A stretch of 64,000 nt of DNA from Spirochaetia bacterium (lineage in GTDB: Bacteria > Spirochaetota > Spirochaetia > CAKZLE01), in assembly GCA_963677595.1 (NCBI GenBank), contig OY782041.1:800001-864000 (forward strand). Reading direction: 5' to 3'. Within the stretch, counting starts at the first letter, position 1. The number at the start of each line of letters is the position of its first letter. The notes beneath the pieces are model-generated. The model did no database searches and was not told where the DNA came from. It saw only the letters and a program-made list of their open reading frames with translations. Shown piece after piece: positions 9,825-19,178 of this stretch. A program made the position numbers and the translations under genes.

Positions 9825-10451
9825 TCATTGATCTCCTTTTCCGGCGCTGTTCAAAAGAAGTAATTCTTTAATTACCTCATAAATCCAGACACGTACCCGT
9901 TGAACATCCCTTAGGATCCTCTCAGGTGAAGTACATTCCATATGCTTGGACATTACCTTGATGGTATCTGGAGTTATATGATCCTTTCCCAGTGCCTTTA
10001 TGGCCTGGACAAGCAATCGGCTCTCTCGGTAGGTAAAACCTGCTTCTTTCATAGCAGTATGCTTGAATTCCAGGATACGGGTGCCAATGGCATATCTGCG
10101 ACTTGGCCCGTCAGAAATATATCGGTACCTGGCAGGAACTTGTGTTGAAAGCCCCAGATAATTCAACGCAGTGATACCGGAAGGCTGAATGCGCCAGTTG
10201 AATTTCCGGGCATACGCATATGCGACCTGTTCCATATCAGGACTGAGGTCTTGTTGGAGCATCTCACTGTAGCGGGGATAATGATAGATCCCCTGGGAAA
10301 TCCGGTGAATAGTTCCTTTCTTTGACAGATCAGAAAGAGCTTTACGGATCTCCACATCAGAGAACGATGGGATAAAATCGATCTTCGAAAAGACCCAACC
10401 CCTACCTCGACTGTAAATTCTAGCAAGTATTTTATCTGAAATAGATTGCAT
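9825..10451 (-). CDS. DUF6088 / AbiEi-like type IV toxin-antitoxin antitoxin (orphan)
   Basis: Winged-HTH N-terminus (KALSDLSKKGTIHRISQGIY), ALNYLGLSTQVP, YISDGPSR, LLVQAIKALG; more AT-rich than the flanks. Confidence 0.8.
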   Translation of the reverse strand: MQSISDKILARIYSRGRGWVFSKIDFIPSFSDVEIRKALSDLSKKGTIHRISQGIYHYPRYSEMLQQDLSPDMEQVAYAYARKFNWRIQPSGITALNYLGLSTQVPARYRYISDGPSRRYAIGTRILEFKHTAMKEAGFTYRESRLLVQAIKALGKDHITPDTIKVMSKHMECTSPERILRDVQRVRVWIYEVIKELLLLNSAGKGDQ

Positions 10452-10629
10452 ATATATATTCTACCTATAGTTCCCACTCCATTTTCGTACCACACAAGAT
10501 GGAGGCCCCCGATATGTGATGCTGGAACCCAATTTCGGTTCAGTATCCCTTATCTCCTTTTAAATGGCTTGTTCTCACTGAAATACCCACTATAAATCTG
10601 ATAAATCAGACACAATGCTGACCATCTTC

Positions 10630-10658
10630 TTGTCACAGGAGGAGGAATGTGGTACTAT
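10630..10658 (+). promoter_or_regulatory. Transposase sigma70 promoter overlapping TIR-like motifs
   Basis: TTGTCA-17-TACTAT with extended TG. Confidence 0.6.
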
Positions 10659-10695
10659 TGTGGTACGAATACAGAAGTACCACAAGGAGTATGCA

Positions 10696-12222
10696 GTGGC
10701 ACACTACATCAGATACCAGAACAAGGCAGATAAGACCTATGCGCAGATTATTGATGCGGTCAGGGTGGACGGCAAGAAGGAAAACCACTATATCGCCAGC
10801 CTCGGTACGGTAATCGATAAAGAGCAAGGGGTCTTCAGATCAAAAGAGCGAGGGATCTACACCTATACCCTGGAGGACGGATACGGTGAAGCTCCTCGAG
10901 AGATTGAGATGCTCCATGAAGGCATGAAGCGGGAGCGGCTTATCCTTGATTTCGGTGACAGTTATATGCTGGATCACTATCTGAGGAATTCCAGTCCGTT
11001 CTTTGATCTGTTCTCTGCTATCCTGCCACAACAGCGTGACAGTCTGTTTGCGCTTCTGTTCTTCAGGCTCCTCACTGATAAAAAGGCCTATATGTATGCA
11101 CAGTCCTGGCATGAAGGGAATTATGCAAGCATTCTCTATCCAAACGCACGACTCCAGAGTCAGCGGATCAGTGATTTCCTCACCGCACTTGGTGATGAAG
11201 AGGTGGGCCGGGGCTTTTTCTCTTCCTATCTGAACCAGCTGTATCCGGATCATACCGGCACGGGGATTCTCATTGACAGTACCGGGCTGCATAATGCGGT
11301 GGATATGCCGTTGACCGCACTGAGCAACCATAATGGAGACATCAACTTTGAGACACGGTTGATCTATGTGATTGACCGGTTCAACGGCATGCCGCTGTAC
11401 CTGCGCTATTGCCCCGGGAATGTAGTCGATGTAACCACATTGTGCACCACGGTAGAGGAGTTACGGCAGTTAGGAGTACGGACAGACTTTGCGATCGTAG
11501 ATGCCGGATACTATAGTGAAGATAACGTTGATGCGCTTTATGCAGCTGATATAGCTTTTGTCTCCCGAGTGGGCCCCAACAGGAAGCTGTGCAAGACGCT
11601 TATCGAAACGCATGCCCCAAGTATCCGACAGGCACAGTATATGGTGCCGTTTGGTAATCGAATCGTGTATATGAGGCGATTCTCCGTTGATTTGCATGGA
11701 CATCCCGGCTATGCCTATTTGGGCGTTGACATGGACAGTCGCAATTTGCAGGAGAAGAAGGTGTCCCTGCAGGCGCTCAATGACAGGCTCCCATTTGATG
11801 AGATAGACAAGAAGATGGGGAAGTTAGGCTCCTTTGTCCTCGTATCCTCTCAGAAGATGGAGTGCCAGGATATGCTGCCCCTGTATTATACGAGAACACA
11901 GGTGGAGCAGGTATTTGATATCGCCAAGAATAATGCTGATGTGGTTCCGCTCAGGATTCATGGAGAACAGACCCTTCGAGGTCATCTGCTGCTCACATTT
12001 CTCGCAACGGTACTGTTTCAGCAACTTCAGAAAGACCTGGTACTGCATACGCAGAAAAAGGACAAACTGAACCCTGAAGGCAGTTTCTTCGTACTGAGAA
12101 ACCAGAAGTGTAAAGTATATGATCGACTGGTGATTCCACAAGAACCGACAAAGAAGATGAATGACATCTATAGACTTCTAAAGGTTCCTACCCCAACTTC
12201 CATCCCCTATACGCGGTTGTAA
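10696..12222 (+). CDS. DDE transposase (IS1634 family)
   Basis: ILIDST, IVDAGYYS, YYTRTQVEQVFDIAKN, PLRIH...GHLLLTFLA; GTG 10696 after AAGGAG. Confidence 0.88.
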   Translation: MAHYIRYQNKADKTYAQIIDAVRVDGKKENHYIASLGTVIDKEQGVFRSKERGIYTYTLEDGYGEAPREIEMLHEGMKRERLILDFGDSYMLDHYLRNSSPFFDLFSAILPQQRDSLFALLFFRLLTDKKAYMYAQSWHEGNYASILYPNARLQSQRISDFLTALGDEEVGRGFFSSYLNQLYPDHTGTGILIDSTGLHNAVDMPLTALSNHNGDINFETRLIYVIDRFNGMPLYLRYCPGNVVDVTTLCTTVEELRQLGVRTDFAIVDAGYYSEDNVDALYAADIAFVSRVGPNRKLCKTLIETHAPSIRQAQYMVPFGNRIVYMRRFSVDLHGHPGYAYLGVDMDSRNLQEKKVSLQALNDRLPFDEIDKKMGKLGSFVLVSSQKMECQDMLPLYYTRTQVEQVFDIAKNNADVVPLRIHGEQTLRGHLLLTFLATVLFQQLQKDLVLHTQKKDKLNPEGSFFVLRNQKCKVYDRLVIPQEPTKKMNDIYRLLKVPTPTSIPYTRL

Positions 12223-12267
12223 GTCCTGTGGTACGAAAAGGGGGTGGGAACTATAGTTCTACTATTA

Positions 12268-12301
12268 TTCTTCACAAAATAATAATATTTTTTATGAAGA
12301 A
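12268..12301. promoter_or_regulatory. AT-rich inverted repeat, probable antitoxin operator
   Basis: TTCTTCACAAAA...TTTTATGAAGAA (11/12). It sits directly upstream of the DUF6088 gene once the IS is removed. Confidence 0.5.
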
Positions 12302-12316
12302 ATCTAGAAGTGTATC

Positions 12317-12359
12317 ACCTATGTAGGTGCAGTGGAAACATTCCTGGAGCGGGTGGAGC
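12317..12359 (+). repeat. 43-bp direct repeat, copy 2
   Basis: Matches 9755-9797 with one G/A mismatch; abuts the TetR stop codon. Confidence 0.97.
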
Positions 12360-12941
12360 CTATGTCTTGAGCAGGCCGTGCATGATGATCTCCAGGGCCT
12401 GGTTGAACATCCTGATCCCGTCGACCTCATCACCCCCGATGAGCGTGGACTTCAGGAGCATGATGTAGATGGTATAGAAGAAATCTGCAGTGACCCTGGT
12501 GTCGAAATCCCGGAAGACCCCTTCGTTCTTCCCCTCATCGATGAGCTTCATGATGGTATCCCTTGACTGCAGGTTAATATCCCGGTACCGCTCATCACGC
12601 AGCACCTGGGTGAGGATGATCGGGTCCTTCAGGATGATCTGCTTAAGCTCCTCGTCCTCGTTGAGGTAATGGAATGCGTTCGTCGACATCTTCATGAACC
12701 GTTCCCGCAGGTCACCGATCCCGTCGAGGGAGTCCGTGACACGCTCATACCACTGGGCCATCGCCTCCATGACCACCTGGTCGTAGAGGTCCTTCTTGCT
12801 CTTCACATAGAAGTAGAGGTTGCTCTTCGTCATAGAGAGTTCGCTCGAGATATCCTCGACGGTGGTCTTCTTGTACCCATACTTGGCAAATACCGTCTTT
12901 GCTGTCCTGAGAATAAGAGCTTTCTTCTTTTTGGATTCCAT
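12360..12941 (-). CDS. TetR/AcrR family transcriptional regulator
   Basis: FAKYGYKKTTVEDIS...TKSNLYFYVKSKKDL HTH. Confidence 0.93.
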   Translation of the reverse strand: MESKKKKALILRTAKTVFAKYGYKKTTVEDISSELSMTKSNLYFYVKSKKDLYDQVVMEAMAQWYERVTDSLDGIGDLRERFMKMSTNAFHYLNEDEELKQIILKDPIILTQVLRDERYRDINLQSRDTIMKLIDEGKNEGVFRDFDTRVTADFFYTIYIMLLKSTLIGGDEVDGIRMFNQALEIIMHGLLKT

Positions 12942-12989
12942 ACGTACGCCACCCCTGAATTTTTAACCGGTAAGTTCAGTTATTTCTCT

Positions 12990-13017
12990 ATTATACTAGG
13001 GATAAACCATAAGTCAA
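12990..13017 (-). promoter_or_regulatory. Sigma70 promoter of tetR
   Basis: TTGACT-16-TATAAT on the minus strand. Confidence 0.55.
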
Positions 13018-13024
13018 TGTATTT

Positions 13025-14431
13025 TTAGCTAGTATGTCCAGATAATAGTGATTGTATCGTATGATATTGGGTAGATAATTCAGTATAGGCAGTATAGAGC
13101 TCCAACCTGCTCTCCAGGAGGGTGAGCCTGGCCAGGATCAGGTCGGTCTCCATCCCTATCCCGTTGGCATACTGCTGCTCCCTGAAGGAGATGGACTCCT
13201 CATTGACAGCGATCCGGTTCTTCGCATGCTCTATACGCTGCTGGGCATACTCGAGCTTCGATGCTGCCTGCCGGAAGGTGTAGAGGATCTCCCGCTCGGC
13301 ACTCACCCGGGAGTTCACCGCCTGTTCGACCGAGAGGGATGCCGCATCCCGCTCGATCAGCATCGTGCCGCCGTCCCAGATCGTGGTGCTGATCGCCACG
13401 GTCGCATTGAGCGAGGCATCATCCTGCCGGTACCAGTCTGTCTCGATGAAGGGAAACCGTGAACCTGCATAGCTCAGATCGAACCGCAGTGCCAGGTCAG
13501 GCTTCCAGTAGATCGTGTTCTTTCGGATCCGCTCTGCCGTCTCCTGCAGGCTGATGTAGGAATCGAGCAGCTCTATCCCCACCTGCTGTTCGAGGATAGC
13601 CTCAGGGGCCATTGCCTTCAAGGCTGCCGTATCATAGGCGAGCATCCCAGCGGTATCAGGCCGGTGGTCTGACATCTCAGGCGTGAAGTCCGGGATACCC
13701 AGCAGTCTCCCGATCTCGCTGCAGAGGGCATCGATCTCCACCGAGAGGCTGTCCCGGCCGAGCTCGACCTCATGGAGACGGATCTCCGCAGAGAGGACCT
13801 CATCTTTCAGGATGAAGCCGTAGGTGAAGTTCTGCTCTGAGATCTCGACCAGCCTGGCTACCTGCACAGCCTGCTGGTCGATGATCTCCTTGATCCGCTG
13901 CAGGTACCAGAGGCTGTCCAGCATCACCTCAAGCGTGGTCTTCAGGGTATTGTGTTCTGACTGGAGGGTGAGCTGCCCGATCTCGACCCCGTTCTCCGCC
14001 ATCCGGATCGAGTCGGAGATCTTCCCCCAGGTGAAGATCGGCTGGGTGATCGAGAGGTTGAACTGGTAGTAGGTGGGTTCCTGCCCCCCGTAGAGCTCTA
14101 TGGGACCTCCCGCCGACGAGGGTTCCATCCCTGCGGGCCAGTCGATACCGGCCAAAAGGTCATCGGGATAGACCACGATCGCCTCCATGGGACTGGTCAT
14201 GTAGGTCCCCGTGATATCGCCGGTGATCGACGGGAACCTGGCAGCCCGGGCACGGGCAAGGTCGAACGAGCGTTCCGAGATCGCGAGGCGATGCTCCTCA
14301 AGGCTGCTGTTCCCGCTCTCGAGCAGGTCGAGCATCTCATCGAGCGTATAGGCAGCGACCGATGACGTACCGGCAAGGAGCAGGCTCACCAGGAGGAGCA
14401 GGAGGCGGTCAGAGAATCTCGATCTCTGCAT
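13025..14431 (-). CDS. TolC-family outer membrane factor
   Basis: Signal peptide, ARAARFPSI, SITQPIFTWGK, TIWDGG, duplicated OEP pattern. Confidence 0.88.
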   Translation of the reverse strand: MQRSRFSDRLLLLLVSLLLAGTSSVAAYTLDEMLDLLESGNSSLEEHRLAISERSFDLARARAARFPSITGDITGTYMTSPMEAIVVYPDDLLAGIDWPAGMEPSSAGGPIELYGGQEPTYYQFNLSITQPIFTWGKISDSIRMAENGVEIGQLTLQSEHNTLKTTLEVMLDSLWYLQRIKEIIDQQAVQVARLVEISEQNFTYGFILKDEVLSAEIRLHEVELGRDSLSVEIDALCSEIGRLLGIPDFTPEMSDHRPDTAGMLAYDTAALKAMAPEAILEQQVGIELLDSYISLQETAERIRKNTIYWKPDLALRFDLSYAGSRFPFIETDWYRQDDASLNATVAISTTIWDGGTMLIERDAASLSVEQAVNSRVSAEREILYTFRQAASKLEYAQQRIEHAKNRIAVNEESISFREQQYANGIGMETDLILARLTLLESRLELYTAYTELSTQYHTIQSLLSGHTS

Positions 14432-16112
14432 AGTTTCCCCCGTCTATATCGGCATAAAGGACCATGGGTATCGCCTGGTCCCAGAGATCATCCCTGTCTG
14501 AGTCGATCATGAGATAGACCGAGAGGGCTGATCGCCTCCCGGTATAGGTCTCATCCGTCCAGGAGATCCCGGTGAAGGCGAAATAGCCATCGCCCTCAGT
14601 CCCCGGCCTGGTCGTGTCGAACATGTAGGCATCGTCGATGGAGTCGGCAGCAGGCTGGACATCGGTAAGGTAGAGCCCGGCGGCGACCCCGTTGTATCCC
14701 TCGTCATAGGTGTCGGTTCGGTCGAGCAGATCATTGTCTACCGAGGATGAACTCGGGTAGGAATCCGAGAAGAGGTACCCCGTGAACTGCTGGTCGTCAA
14801 ACCGAGTCTTCCGTCCTGTGAACTCATAGGTGACATCGACATCATCGGTGATCGTCTTCCCGTAGAAGCTCTCAGCATCATCCCCGTACGGGACCGGTTC
14901 CCATGCCGCGTCTGCCGCATCATATGCCTCTTCGAGGAGCATATTATCCTGTTCGATGACGATGCGGATCGGGGCTGTCCCCTTGTTGTCAGAGACCGAG
15001 GGCTTCCGGTCAAAGGAGATGCTCACGGAATACTCTCCTTCAGCATCGGTCGTCCCGCTGTAGGAGACTCCCGTCGGCCACACCACTGAAGCCGCATCGA
15101 TCGCACCGCCTGCGGTATACGACCACTCCTCGGCGAGGTAGATCCTCACATCGGCATCGACAACACCGCTGTTGGTACTGAGATCACTCAAGCTGACCGT
15201 CACCACCGTCTCATTCTGTTCCTGCGCCATGACGATGTCATTGACCGAGAACGGCACCCCGTCGGTAAGCTCCACCTGGCAGTAGGGATCATCCTCCCCG
15301 TCACCGTCGGCATCCCAGCCGCTGTCTATGATATCGCTGTCGGCATGGTGCTCGGTTACATAGCGGGAGTGGGTATAGACGATCCTGGCAATGGTGGTTC
15401 CCTCGTTCTGTGCATGGGACGGCTTCTGCGGATAGGTCACGGTCAGGTCATACTCCCCGTCATCCCCGGTCACTACCCTCCCCGTCGGGTCTTCCGGCCA
15501 GGTGACCGTACTCTCATCTATGCTGCCTCCCACATACTCCCAATCCTCTGCCACATAGACTGCGGCATTCACGTTGGCAAGGGGGGCCGCGGTATCGTCA
15601 TAGACGGTACCCATGACCCTGGTGGAATTGGTACGACGCTCCACCAGGATGTCGGGAACCGTATTGTCCGTATCGGAGAGGACGAAGATATGGTCGGGAT
15701 CCGTGTTCTTCTGCAGACCGTATCCCTCATGGTAGATGAGGAAGAAGACCTCCTCCCGGTCCGCGGTCTTCCCGAAATCGGGATTGAACGATTTCCAGGT
15801 GAAGCCGCTAAAGGTATAGGTCCCGTCGGTATCGGTGTACTCGATCATGAAGTAGGAAGGGGTACTCCGCTCCTCGGGAAGGGGCCCATCCTCATCGCCG
15901 CCTGCGAACCAGGCGGTATAGTCACTGTCCCTGGCATCCTCCGTGCTATAGAGGTAGATATGGGCACCGTCAAGCGCCCCATCGTCCCCTGCCTGCGCAT
16001 ACTCATCTGCGTCATAGACGCTCCCGCTTATATAGGCACTGAAGACCGAAGAACAACCGGTAAAGGCAAGTGCGGCCAGGATGGCCAGGATGATCAGACG
16101 TCCGTATCTCAT
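14409..16112 (-). CDS. Acidic lipoprotein with repeated transthyretin/carboxypeptidase-regulatory-like beta-sandwich modules
   Basis: Lipobox AFTGC; repeated G-x-V-x-D...V-x-(L/V)Y...T-D-x-(D/E)G-x-Y motifs; DxDxDG motif; ATGA overlap with the RND stop. Confidence 0.7.
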   Translation of the reverse strand: MRYGRLIILAILAALAFTGCSSVFSAYISGSVYDADEYAQAGDDGALDGAHIYLYSTEDARDSDYTAWFAGGDEDGPLPEERSTPSYFMIEYTDTDGTYTFSGFTWKSFNPDFGKTADREEVFFLIYHEGYGLQKNTDPDHIFVLSDTDNTVPDILVERRTNSTRVMGTVYDDTAAPLANVNAAVYVAEDWEYVGGSIDESTVTWPEDPTGRVVTGDDGEYDLTVTYPQKPSHAQNEGTTIARIVYTHSRYVTEHHADSDIIDSGWDADGDGEDDPYCQVELTDGVPFSVNDIVMAQEQNETVVTVSLSDLSTNSGVVDADVRIYLAEEWSYTAGGAIDAASVVWPTGVSYSGTTDAEGEYSVSISFDRKPSVSDNKGTAPIRIVIEQDNMLLEEAYDAADAAWEPVPYGDDAESFYGKTITDDVDVTYEFTGRKTRFDDQQFTGYLFSDSYPSSSSVDNDLLDRTDTYDEGYNGVAAGLYLTDVQPAADSIDDAYMFDTTRPGTEGDGYFAFTGISWTDETYTGRRSALSVYLMIDSDRDDLWDQAIPMVLYADIDGGNYAEIEIL

Positions 16113-19100
16113 GCTTCTCTTCTCCTTTCGATGACGCCGTAGAGCGCCGGGATGATGATCAGGGTGATCATCGTCGAGGTCAGCAGCCCACCCGCGATCG
16201 CCTGCCCGAGCGGGGCGTAGATCTCTGAGCCCCCTCCGCTGCTCATTGCCATGGGCAGTACCCCGAACAGGGTTGTGAGGGTGGTCATCAGGACCGGGCG
16301 GAGCCGGGCTGCCGCCCCGTTCACGATCCGCTCATGCAGGTCCTCCTCTTCCCCCTGGTTCATCCGGTCGATCAGCACGATCGCATTGTTCACGACGATA
16401 CCGGCCAGGGCGATGATCCCGAGGAAGGCGATCAGCGAGAGATCGGACCCGAACAGCAGCAGGCCGATGATAACCCCGATGAAACAGAAGGGGATGCTCG
16501 CCAGGATGATGAGCGGCTGAACGAACCGTTCGAACTGGATGACCATCACCATATAGACGAGGAAGACCGCGATCAGCAGGACGAGGAGAAGCGTGGCGAG
16601 AGAGTCACTGAGCAGTGAGGAGCTCCCCGCGATCTCCCACGAGATCGAGGGATCGAGGATCCCGGTTGCGAAGGTCTCCTCTATGCGCGCCCTGATGTCT
16701 GTCGTGTCCTCGACGATCGAGTACCCGGTGATCACGATCGCCTTCGCCCGGTTCTTATGGTTGATTGTCGAGAGCGAGGTATCCAACCGAGTGTCTGAGA
16801 AGGAGCCGAAGGAGATCGGGTCGCCGCTGTATGAGGGTATCGAGACCTGTTCCAGGGTCGTCATGGTGATCGGCTCCGTAGCAAGGGACGATTTGAGCAT
16901 GATCGGGTATTCCCGGTCCCTGCTGTCCGTGAAGGTCCCCACCTCGATGCCGTTGAAGAGGATCCTGGAGGTGAAGGCAGCCTCCTGGGCAGAGATCCCG
17001 AGTCGCCCCATGTGGTCAAGGGCAAGGTCGGTGATCAGTGACTCCTGGTCCTTCTGGATGTTGATCACCGCCTTGTTTATCTGGGGATCGGCAATCAGCT
17101 CATCCCGGACTCTCTCAGCTGCAGCGGAGAGCTTATCCATGTCATTCCCGTAGAGCTCCACCTGGAACCCGCTTCCCCCGGAAGCAATGGAGAGCAGCTT
17201 GTCGAACCCGCCGTTCTCCACGACCGCATCGACATCGGGAACCGTCTCAGGGATCCTCTCCTGCAGGGTGCGTATGATCTCGAGGATGCCGCGATCCCGC
17301 TCTTCCGAATCGGTGAGGATCACCTTCGCATAGGCCTGGTTCGGGGTCGAGTGGGACCGGGAGAACTCACTACTGAAGCCCGTGAAGAAGGTCACGTACG
17401 CGATCTCAGGCACCTCCCGTTCGAGCAGGTCCTGGACCTGCTCTACCTTCGCATGGGTCTGCTCGAGCCCGTACCCCTGGGGGAACGTGAGGTAGATATA
17501 GAAGTCGCCCGTATCGGTCGAGGGGATGAACACCATCCCAAGGGAAGACATCGCGGCAACGCTGACGATGAGGATCACGACGGCTGTCAGGATGATGAAG
17601 AACTTGTGCCTGATCGCCCAGGAGATGAGGGACCGGTACCCTGCCTCCACTGCCTGCATGGGATTGAAGCGGCGTTTCGGCAGGGCTGAGGTATCAAGCA
17701 GCGGCTCGATATGGAGATGGGTCGCGAGGAAGGGGACGACGACCAGAGCCACGAGCAGGGATGCCCCCAAGGCGAAGATGATGGTCAGCGAGATATCGGT
17801 CAGCATGATCCCGATGATACCCGTCAGGGTGATCAGCGGGATGAATACCGCGATCGTGGTGGCCCCGGACGCGAAGACGGCAGCACCCACCTCATTCGAC
17901 CCCAGCTCCGCGGCATGGATGACCTCCATCCCAGCATGTTCATGCCGGAAGATGTTCTCCAGGATGACGATGGAGCTGTCTACCACCATCCCCAGGGCAA
18001 CGATCAGGCCGGAAAGGCTCAGGATGTTCATCGTCTGACCGGCGAACCGCATCCCTATGAAGGTGAAGACGATACTCAAGGGGATCGATATACCGATGAT
18101 GAGCGTAGCCCTGATGTTCCCGATGAACAGGAGGATCACCAGGACTGCCATCGCGGCGCCGATGATCCCGGAACGGACTGTCGTGCTGAGGGAGTCCTGG
18201 ATCATGGTGCTGTCATTCTGGATCTCCTTGAACTCGATGACCCCGCTGTACTGGCGTTCATAGAGTCTCAGGATCTCCCCTATCTCCCCGATGATATCGA
18301 TGGTGTTCCCGTCAGACCGCTTCGTCACGTCGACGACGATGGCTCTCTGCCCGTTCACCTCGATCATAAGCTCCTCGGGAGGATACTTCAGGTCGATCTC
18401 CGCGACATCGGAGAGATAGATATAGGCCCCGTTCTGGTAGCCGATGATCGTGTCACGAAGCTCCTCGAGCGTCGTGTAGGTCCCCTCCACATTCAGGAAG
18501 ATCCGAGAGTCTCGGTAGGTAGGAGTCCCGGCAGGCATCGATACGTTCGATGCCCCGAGCACCTGGTAGACCTCCATCACCGATATCCCGAGCTGCTTCA
18601 GGACATCGGTATCGAGGACGATGCTCACCTCCTGCTCCCGTCCCCCGTAGGCATTGACCTGGCCGGTCCCCGTGACCCTGCTGATCGAGGGGATGATCTC
18701 ATCGGACACCAGGCGGTAGAGCATGTCCGGGTCTCGGTCGCTGATGACGGCAAAGGAGTAGATACTGAGCATCCCCGAACCGCCGACGAAGGCATAGGGG
18801 GTTCCCGACACCCCGTCAGGGAGGCTGCCGCTGACCCGTTCCAGGTTCGCCCGTACATCAGGGAGGACCTCATAGGGGTCGACATCCCCGGCGAACTCGA
18901 GGGTCACCATGCTCACCGAGTTCTGGCTCTGTGAGGAGATGGTCTTGATACCCTGCAGGGTGGTCATGGAGTCCTCGATGATCCCGGTGACCCCTTCGAC
19001 CGTGCTGGCATCGACACCGGGGTACTGGGTCACGACCATGATCGTGGGGATGGAGACATCCGGGATGAACTCCTGGTTCAGGGAGGTGAGCGCGAGGATC

Positions 19101-19174
19101 CCGAAGACGAGCACGGCAAGGCCGACGATGACGATGATCGCGGGATGGTGGATGGCGAACGATGAGAGCTTCAT
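16109..19174 (-). CDS. RND efflux permease (AcrB/AcrD/AcrF family)
   Basis: 1021 aa; YPGVDA, ISIPLS, GMVVDSSIVILENI, GIVVNNAIVL, RLRPVLMT. Confidence 0.95.
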   Translation of the reverse strand: MKLSSFAIHHPAIIVIVGLAVLVFGILALTSLNQEFIPDVSIPTIMVVTQYPGVDASTVEGVTGIIEDSMTTLQGIKTISSQSQNSVSMVTLEFAGDVDPYEVLPDVRANLERVSGSLPDGVSGTPYAFVGGSGMLSIYSFAVISDRDPDMLYRLVSDEIIPSISRVTGTGQVNAYGGREQEVSIVLDTDVLKQLGISVMEVYQVLGASNVSMPAGTPTYRDSRIFLNVEGTYTTLEELRDTIIGYQNGAYIYLSDVAEIDLKYPPEELMIEVNGQRAIVVDVTKRSDGNTIDIIGEIGEILRLYERQYSGVIEFKEIQNDSTMIQDSLSTTVRSGIIGAAMAVLVILLFIGNIRATLIIGISIPLSIVFTFIGMRFAGQTMNILSLSGLIVALGMVVDSSIVILENIFRHEHAGMEVIHAAELGSNEVGAAVFASGATTIAVFIPLITLTGIIGIMLTDISLTIIFALGASLLVALVVVPFLATHLHIEPLLDTSALPKRRFNPMQAVEAGYRSLISWAIRHKFFIILTAVVILIVSVAAMSSLGMVFIPSTDTGDFYIYLTFPQGYGLEQTHAKVEQVQDLLEREVPEIAYVTFFTGFSSEFSRSHSTPNQAYAKVILTDSEERDRGILEIIRTLQERIPETVPDVDAVVENGGFDKLLSIASGGSGFQVELYGNDMDKLSAAAERVRDELIADPQINKAVINIQKDQESLITDLALDHMGRLGISAQEAAFTSRILFNGIEVGTFTDSRDREYPIMLKSSLATEPITMTTLEQVSIPSYSGDPISFGSFSDTRLDTSLSTINHKNRAKAIVITGYSIVEDTTDIRARIEETFATGILDPSISWEIAGSSSLLSDSLATLLLVLLIAVFLVYMVMVIQFERFVQPLIILASIPFCFIGVIIGLLLFGSDLSLIAFLGIIALAGIVVNNAIVLIDRMNQGEEEDLHERIVNGAAARLRPVLMTTLTTLFGVLPMAMSSGGGSEIYAPLGQAIAGGLLTSTMITLIIIPALYGVIERRREA

Positions 19175-19178
19175 AGGG

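Larger units (their letters stand above)
10465..12256 (+). mobile_element. IS1634-family insertion sequence, 1792 bp, apparently intact
   Basis: 30-bp terminal inverted repeats (10465-10494 CTATAGTTCCCACTCCATTTTCGTACCACA and 12227-12256, 28/30) with a 6-bp target duplication TTCTAC (10459-10464 and 12257-12262). Confidence 0.92.

Noticed and set aside
9755-12359. 43-bp repeats as CRISPR repeats, integron attC sites or the IS target duplication
   Set aside because: There are only two copies, 2.5 kb apart, with no spacers or cas genes and no RYYYAAC/GTTRRRY structure. The IS has its own 6-bp TTCTAC duplication.
17711-18934. 407-aa plus-strand ORF and other long antisense ORFs (e.g. 54604-55512, 4093-4887, 32275-33108)
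   Set aside because: These are shadow ORFs opposite well-supported genes in GC-rich DNA, with no recognisable motifs.
16109-19174. RND proton-relay motifs VDSS and VNNA instead of AcrB DD and K
   Set aside because: Single-Asp/Asn variants are widespread in this RND subfamily and are not evidence of inactivation.
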